From Candidatus Eiseniibacteriota bacterium (GTDB taxonomy: Bacteria; Eisenbacteria; RBG-16-71-46): DNA of 55,541 bases. Below, one piece after another: positions 1 to 9,000 of the stretch. The notes beneath the pieces were generated by a model. The model was not told the DNA's origin. It searched no databases and saw only the letters and a program-made list of their open reading frames with translations. The DNA is taken from contig JANLOX010000121.1 of the NCBI GenBank assembly GCA_031366795.1, forward strand, positions 1 to 55,541, given 5' to 3'. Position 1 is the first letter of the stretch. Each line of letters opens with the position of its first letter. Both the position numbers and the translations under genes were made by a program.

Positions 1-3000
1 GGCCCGCGGTGAGCGGCCCCACCAACGTCACGGTGCCCACGGCCGGCCTCACCATGAATGCGGGTGCGACGCGCACCATCGCGGGTATGCTTAACGCCTC
101 GGGCCCGATCGTCGGCGCCAACCTGCTGACGCTGCCGGGCACCTTCCAGCTGAACACGGGTGCATCGGTCGCCGCCGCACCCATTTATTCCGGCACCGCC
201 ACGTTGCTCTACAACGCCGCCTTCACCGTCGGCCCCGAGTGGGGAGCAGGCTCCGCGGTCGGCTCGGGCGTTCCGTCCCATGTGACGGTCGTTGCCGGAG
301 CGGGCACGTTGACGATGCCGAACACCGACCGCACGGTGCCCGGCAATCTCACCATCACCTCGGGCACGATGTTGATGAATGCCGGCGCCGGCAACTTGGC
401 GCTCGGCGGCAACTGGGCCGACACGGGCACATTCACTTCCAATGGCCGCACGGTGACCTTCACGGGCGCCGCAACGCAGTCGCTGTCGCGCACGGGCGGG
501 GAGACCTTCACGACGCTGGTGCTCAACAAGTCGGGCGGCTCGCTCGTCCTGGGCTCCGCGGTCACCTGCACGCCGGCCGGCAGCGCCCAGTCGCTGACCT
601 TCAACGGCACCGTCGACGTACTCAACCTGAGTGGCCAGACGCTGACGCTGAATGGCCCGGTCGGCGGCACCGATGCGGCCTCGACCCTGACGGGCAGCGC
701 CACCTCGAACCTCGCGATCAACTCGACGTTGGGCGGCAGCTTCGGCACGCTGCGTTTCACCGCGGCCGCCCAGTCACTCGGCGCCTTCACGGTCAACCTG
801 AGCGGTGCTTCGCCTGTCCTGGCACTCGCGACGCCGCTGACGGTCAACGGCGCGTTCACGCTCACCTCCGGCGTCGTGTCGCCGGGAGCGAACGTGGTCA
901 GCGTCGCGCCGACGGGCTCCATCGCGCGCACCAGCGGCTGGGTCAGCGGCACGCTGCTGCAGCGGGCGGCCACGGGTGCCCCGGCATTGAGTTACCCGAT
1001 CGGTACCGCGACGGCCTACACGCCGGTCTCACTCGCCTTCGCCAGCGTGACGGTGGCAGGTGATGTCAGCGCCACGACGACCACCGGCGACCACCCGAAC
1101 ATCGCGACCTCCGGCCTGAACGCCGCCAAGTCCGTCAACCGTTACTGGACGCTCGCCAACAGCGGCGCGACGTTCACCACCGTCAACGCTACGTTCAATT
1201 TTGTCGCTGGCGACCTCGATGCCGGGGTGCTGACCGACAGCGTCGAAGTGCGCGAGTTCGCCGCGAGTGCCTGGAGCGCGCCCGCAATGGGAGCGCGCAC
1301 TGCCACGAGCACCGTGGCGACCGGCATCACGACGCTCGGCGCCTTCGCCATCGCCGAGCCCACGAGCTGGACGATCACCGCCAGCTCGGGCGCCAACGGC
1401 GCGATCTCGCCCACCGGCGTGGTGACCCTCAGGGACGGCGGTTCCGTGACCTTCACCGCGCTGCCCAACGTGGGGTACAACATCAACAACTATGTCGTCG
1501 ACAGCGTGACGCAGGGCGCGGCGGCGACCTACACATTCACCAATGTCACCGCGAACCACACGATCGTGGTGAACTACATCGTCAAGACCTTCACGCTGAC
1601 GTTGCTGTCCAACGGCAACGGCACGGTGACCCCGGATCACGCGGGCCCCTACCCGTACCACTCGATCGTCGTGATCACCGCGACCCCGGCGCTCGGCAAT
1701 ACCTTCACCGGCTTCACGCAGGACGTCAGCTACCCGACCACGCCGTGCGGCTTCCCGGTCGACAGCAACATGTCGGTCGTCGCCAATTTCCAGCGCAGCC
1801 CGATGCAATACACGCGCTCGAGCCTGCCGGGCTCCTTCACGGCGATCAGCACGGCCTCGGGTGCGGTCAAGCTGTTCGCTGCCGCCGACGACTCGACGCA
1901 GACGGTCCCGCTGCCGTTCCCCTTCACCTTCTCGGGGCTGACCTTCACGGCCTCGAACTTCCTCGCGATCAATGCCAACGGCTTCGCCTACTTCTCGCGC
2001 GACCCGCTCACGGCCTCGAACCCGTCGATGGCGACCAATTCCAACCTGTTCAACGCCAGCGCGCCTAACACCATGCTGGCGCCGTGGTACGACGACCTGA
2101 ACGTCGCTGCTGTCGGCACGAATCCCGCCGGCAGCGTGCTCGTCCAGACTCAGGGCTCCGCGGGCACACGCACCATGACCGTGCAGTGGACCAACGTGTC
2201 GTCCAACAACACCACGACGGGCGGCCAGCCGCGGCGCATCAACTTCCAGCTCGTGCTGTTCGAGGCCAGCCAGGCGATCGAGTTCCGTTACGGAACCGTG
2301 GCCGGCGCCACCTACAGCAACCTCGAATCCGCCTCGCTCGGCATTGAAGACTCGATCGGCGGCAACGGCTACTACATCGACGGTGCGACCGGCTCGCGCT
2401 ATACCAACAATGGCATGCTCACCACCAACCGCTGGCCGAGCCGCAACATTCGATTCACGCCCGGCAATCCCTCGCCGTTGACGGCGGGCACCTACACTGT
2501 GGGATCGGGGCAGACTTACGTCAGCCTCACCGATGCCGTCGCCGACCTGAACCAGCGCGGTGTGGCGGGCCCGGTCACCTTCCAGCTGACCGATGCGGCC
2601 TACGACACCTCAGGAGCCGGCGGCAGCAACTTCTTCCCCGTGCTCATCGGGCCCGTTGCGGGGACCTCGCCGTCCAACACGGTGCTGATCCAGGGTTCGG
2701 GCTCGACGACCATCAGCTCGCGCGGCACCGAAGCAGGCAATTGCGGAACGCAGAGCCTGGCCACGGCGATCTCGAGCACGAATGAGCCGGTGGTCAGCCT
2801 GGTGGGTTGCGACTACGTCACGCTCAAGAATGTGGCGCTGTCGGGTGGCGTGACGCTGGACCGCGGTGTGCTGGTGCTGCCGAGCTCGCTGACCGATGGC
2901 TCGCAGAACAACACGCTCCACACGGTGTCGATCACGCTGAAGCGGACCAACACCGGCTCGATCGGCCTCCAGTCCGCGGTGCCCTCGGCGCCGGGCTCGC

Positions 3001-6000
3001 TCGCCGGCACGAATTCGTACAATCACTACTACAACATGAACATCCAGAATTGCTACGCCGGCATGTCGCTGACGGGCAACTCGAACCTGTTTGACGACGG
3101 CAACGTCGTCAGCGTCGCCGACGGCGGCACGACCACGATCGGTGGGGGAGCGGCCGGCGACATCGGCAACGGCACGCCCAGCACGTTCGGCATTCGCGCG
3201 GCGAACCAGAGCAACGCGACCATCTCGTTCTGCAGCGTGCGCAATATGCTGGGCACCAGCGTCGGCTCGGTGGACGGCATCGCGCTCGACAACCTGCCGG
3301 CCTCGAACCTGACGAGCGGGTTGTGCACGATCGCCTACAACTCGGTGTATGGCTTGACGAGCACGGCCACCAACGCCGGCCGCGTCACGGGTATTCGCGT
3401 CAACCTGACTACGGAGCCTGCCAGCGTCTCGCGCATCTTCAACAACTTCGTCTACAACCTGAACTCGGCCAGCACGGTGACCGCCACGCGCCGGCTCGTG
3501 GGTATCATGGTGCAGGACGGCGGCACCGGTACCGGCGCCACGCACAACGTCGACTTCAACACCGTGCGGCTGCAGCCCTCGGCGGTGACGTTCTCGAACT
3601 CCTGCTACGAGGTCAGCTCCGTGGGCCCCGTGGTGAACACGCGCGACAACATCTTCGCCAACTTCACCGGTACCCAGTCGGTTTCGGCCAAGCACTACAC
3701 CTGGGTGTCGCCGGCCTCCGGCCAGCTGGGTGCTGCCGGATCGGTCTCCGACTACAACCTGCTGTACCTCGCGAACTCCGCGAATGGCTTCACCGGCCTG
3801 TCGGGCGGTGATCGCGCGCTGCTGTCCGACTGGCAGGCGATCACCGCGAACGATGCGCACTCGCAGAACGGCGATCCGCAGTTTGTCGCACCCACCGATC
3901 CGCACATCAATGCCAGCCTGCCCACGCCGGTTGCCCAGGCGGGCTCGTACCTGGCCGGCGCCATCAACTGGGTGCCGAACGACATCGACTTCCAGAACCG
4001 CGATGGCCTGAACCCGGACATCGGCGCCGATGAAGGCGTGTTCCAGGCGCTGACCGCGAACGACATTTCGGCGTCCTCGTTCGTCGATCCCGTCGATGGC
4101 GCGACCAAAAACGTGAACGTCGCGTTCTCGCCCCAGGTCCAGTACTCGAACACCGGCACGAGCCCCCAGACGAGCATCCCGGTGCGCTACCAGATTCGCG
4201 GGCCCCTGCCCGCGACGACGTTGGTGTACGACCAGGGGACGACCATCGGCTCGCTGATCGTCGGGGCGACCCAGACCCTCACGTTCCCCGCGGTGACGCT
4301 GGTGGCGGCCGGCAACTACGAGATCCGCGCGAGCGCCTCACTCGTGGGCGACCAGAATTCCCTGAACGACGTGAAGACCGGAACGCTCGACCTGTCGGGA
4401 CCGCTCAACGGCACCTATTCGGTCGGCGCGGGCCAACCTTACCCGTTCAATACGCTGACCAATGCCATCACGCGCATTGGCGCGGTTGGGCTGACGGGGC
4501 AGGTCGTCTACCAATTGGTCAGCTCCACCTATAGCGCGGGAGAAGTGTTCCCGATCAACCTGAATACGATCCCCAACGCTTCTGCCGTCAACACCTTCAC
4601 GCTGCGGCCCGCCCCGGGGGGCACCGCGACGGTCTCGGGCTCATCGATCCGCGCGCTGCTGGTGCTCAACGGCGCCGACTACGTGACGATCGACGGCTCG
4701 AGCAGCGTCGGTGGCACGACGCGCGACCTGACCTTCCTGAACACCTCGGCGACGTCCTCGAGTGCCGTGGTGTGGGGCCAGACCAACGGCGCCGACCCGG
4801 CAACCAACAACACCATCAAGAATGTCATCCTGTCCGGCATCGACCGCCTGACCACGTTGTTCGGCGTCGGCTTCGGCGGTTCGACCATCGCGCTCAAGAG
4901 CTCAGGGACAGCGAACATCAACAACAAGGTGCTCAACTGCGACATCCGCCGCGTGCAGTACGGCGTGTACTCCTCGGGCGCCAGTGCCGCCAACAAGAAC
5001 ACCGGCACGATCATCCGCGGCAACGTCATCGGCAGCAACCCGAGCGACGCGCCCGGCCAGGGGGGTGTTTACGTCCGCTTCGAGGATGGGATTTCGATCG
5101 ACCACAACAAGCTCGGCAGCATGACCACCCCGTCCTCGCTGCCGGTGTTCGGCATCTCGCTCGGGCTGTCGGCGGTGTCGTCGGCGACGTGGAGTGAAGA
5201 CGAAGTCACCAACGCGACGGTCAGCCACAACACCATCATCGGCGTGGCGCAGACCAGCGCGCTGGGGTTGGGCGCCGGCGGCATCATCGTGGCCGAGGCC
5301 TTGAGCGGCATCACCACGATCTACAACAACATGATCGCGGGCGTCGTCAGCCCGGCGAACGACCCCGATATCACCGTCGGCATCCTGGTCGGTGGTGGTG
5401 CGGGCAGCACCTCGCGCGTCTACTTCAACTCGGTCTCGATGACCGGTGCGCGTGGCGCCGCGGCGGCCGGCAGCTTCTGCCTCGCCATCGGCGGAGCCAA
5501 CCCCGTCGTCGATGCGCGCAACAACGCGTTCTTCACCAACCAGTCGAGCACGGGCCCCGGTGACGCCTACCTGATCGGCCTCAACTACCTGTCGCCGTAC
5601 ACCAAATTGACGTCGGACTACAACGACGGTTTCTTCCTCTCGGGCAGCCAGTATGCCGTGACCGGCGGCTTCGGCAACTCGCCCGACGGTGACCTGAGCG
5701 CGCTGGCCAACTGGCGCACCGCGACGTCCAAGGACGCCCACACGCTGGCGGTCGATCCGCAGTTCGTCACGCTGACCGGCAACCTCCACGTCTCGAGCGT
5801 GAGTTCGCCGATCGTGCGCGCCGGCGTGCCGATCGCGGGCATCACCGACGACATCGATGGCGACGCGGGATTGCGCACCTCGCAGCCCGTGATCGGTTGC
5901 GATGAGTTCGTCACCTACTCCATCACCACCTCGTTCACCGGTTCGGGCTCGGTTGCCAAGAGCCCCGATCTCCCCGGTTATGTCAGCGGTTCCCTCATCC

Positions 6001-9000
6001 AGATGCAGGCATTCCCCTCCGGTCACTACCACTTCCTCGGCTGGGGCGGGGACCTGGCGGGCCTGGCGAATCCGCAGAACATCACCATGAACGCGAACAA
6101 GAACATTTCCGCAACGTTCGCGCTCGATAGCTTCACCGTCGCCTTGACCGCGCAGCCGGGCGGCGCCGCCGCCATTGCGCCGGCCCAGGCGCCGTACCCC
6201 TACGGCACGCCGGTGTCGCTGACGGCCACGCCGGTCGCGGGCTACCACTTCACCCGTTGGACGGGGGACACCGCCACGACGTTGAACCCCTACCCGTTCA
6301 TCCTCACGGGCAACCGTTCCGAAGAAGCTGGCTTCGCCATCAACACCTACACCATGACCACGAGCGGCGTCTCCAACGGCAGCGTGACCCGGACGCCGAG
6401 CCTGGCCACGTACGACCATGGGACGACGGTGACGCTGACGGCAGTGCCGGCGGCGGGCTACCGCTTCGCCGGCTGGACCGGTGACACGACCGGCACCCCG
6501 AATCCGCTGGCGGTCGTGATGACGCGTAATCGCGCGATCCAGGGCACCTTCATCCTCGAGACCTACACGTTGGCGGTGACGGTCGTCGGCCCGGGCTCGG
6601 TGAGCAAGGCGCCGGACCTCGCGCTCTACGACGCCTTTACCACGGCCACGCTGACGGCGACGCCGGCAGAGGGCTATCACCTCGTGGGCTGGTCGGGCGA
6701 CACCACGGCGACCACCAACCCGCTGCCCTTGCCGATGACGGGCAACCGCGCGGTCACCGCGACGTTCGCCATCAACCAGTATGCGGTCTCGCTCACCACG
6801 CTCGGCGGCGGCAGCGCCGCCATGGCGCCGGTGCTCGCGCTCTACGACCATGGCACCCCGCTGACCCTGACCGCGACGCCGGATGCCGGCCAGTCGTTCA
6901 CCGGCTGGACGGGCGACACCACGGCTGCGGCCAACCCGCTGTCGATGACCGTGACGAGGCCGCTGGCGCTGGTGGCCAGCTTCACCGCCGCGGTCAATGT
7001 CGCAGTGGTGGGCAGCGGTTCGGTCGCCAAGTCGCCGGACCTGGTTGCCTACACGCTCGGCTCGCTCGTGCAGTTGACGGCGACGCCGATCACCGGCTGG
7101 CACTTTGTCGCGTGGTCGGGGGACACCGCCGCGGCGGCGAATCCGCTCACGCTTTCGTTGCCGACGTCGCGCAATCTGACTGCGACATTCGCCATCAACA
7201 CCTACACGCTGACACAGGTCGTCGTGGGCAGCGGCTCGGCGGCTGCGGCGCCGCAGCAGGCGACCTACGATCACGGTACGCTCGTCCAGCTGACGGCCAC
7301 GCCGGATGCGGGCAACGCATTCGTGGGCTGGAGCGGTGACGCCTCGGGCTCCAGCTCGCCGTTCCCGCTGACCATGGACGGCAACAAGACCGTCACCGCG
7401 ACCTTTACCTATACGCTTGCCATCACCGCTGCCGGTCTGGGCTCGGTCGACATCGCGCCCAACCAGGCAAACTACGCGCCCGGCACCGCCGTGACGCTGA
7501 CCGCGCAACCCCAGGCGCATGTCCACTTCGTCGGCTGGAGCGGCGACACGACCGCGAGCTCGGCCTCGCTGCCGCTGGTGATCACGCGCAACCGCGCCTT
7601 GACCGCGACGTTCGTGGTCGACACGCAGACGCTGAGCGCCGTGCGGGTGGGCAGTGGCAGCATCGCGAAGAGCCCCGACCAGGCCAGCTACGACTACGGC
7701 ACCCCGGTGACGCTGACGGCGACGCCGGGCACCGGCTATCACTTCGTCGGTTGGAGCGGCGACACGGCCACCACGGACAACCCGATCAGTATTGCCGTCA
7801 CGGGCAACCGCAACGTGACCGGAACGTTCGCGATCAACAGCTACGTGCTCAACGTCGCAGCGGGCACCGGCGGCTCGGCGGTGAACAGCCCCATCCAGGC
7901 CACCTACGACCACGGCACCCAGGTCACGCTGACCGCCACGCCCAGCGTCGGCTACCTGTTCGGCAGCTGGGCTGGGGATACCGCTTCGTCCGACAACCCG
8001 TTCGTGTTCCGCATGGTGGGTGACCGCACGCTGTCGGCGCAGTTCGTGCCAAAGCAGTACCCGCTGACCAACAACCCGGTTGGCAACGGCGCCGTGATCC
8101 GCTCGCCTGACCTGCCGACCTACGCGTACGGTTCAGCAGTCACGCTGACCGCGGTTCCCTCGCCGGGCTGGCACTTCACGGCGTGGAGCGGCGACACCGC
8201 CACGTCCACGAATCCCTTGAACTTCGTGATGACCGGCGCGCGCGTGATCAACCCGGTGTTCGACTTCGACACCTACGCACTGACCGTCAATATCACCGGC
8301 AGCGGCTCCGTGGCGCGCTCGCCCGATCAGCCGCTCTACCCGTTCAACACCACGGTCGACCTGACCGCGGTGCCGGCCCCCGGCTTCAAGCTGAACACCT
8401 GGGGTGGGGCTGCCTCGGGGAGTGCTCCGACGGTGTCCGTGATCATGAGCACGCCAAAGACCGTGACGGCCCTGTTCGACACGGCAAACTACACGCTCAG
8501 CGCCACCGCGACCGGCCCGGGCTCCGTAGGAGTCAGCCTGGTCAAGGCGACCTACCGCTATCCCGATCTGGTCACGCTGACCGCGACGCCTTCCGCGCAT
8601 GCGCACTTCGTGGGCTGGACCGGCGACACGAGCGCGAGCGGCAATCCGCTGGCGATCACCATGGCGGCGAACCGCACGCTGGTCGCGGTGTTCGCGCTCG
8701 ACCAGTTCACGGTCACCTCGGCCGTGAGCGGCAATGGTGCCGTCATCCGCAATCCCGACCTGACGGTCTATGACTATGGCGCTCCGCTGGTGCTCAGCGC
8801 TTCCGCCAATGCCCTGTGGCACTTCACCCGCTGGACCGGCGATACCACGACAACCTCGAACCCGCTCAACCTCATCGTGACGCGGAACCGCTCGGTGACG
8901 GCCGTGTTCGACCTCACGTTCTATCCGCTGACCGTCAACATCGTGGGCCCGGGCGTAGTGCTCAAGGATCCGGACCAGACGACCTACCTGGAAGGCACCG

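Noticed and set aside
4902..7913. 1003-aa minus-strand ORF and many other long antisense/alternate-frame ORFs (e.g. 30985..33345, 33652..35664, 49539..51602)
   Set aside because: These are shadows of high-GC3 + strand genes: R/G/A/H-rich, with no motifs, and fully overlapping well-supported CDSs.
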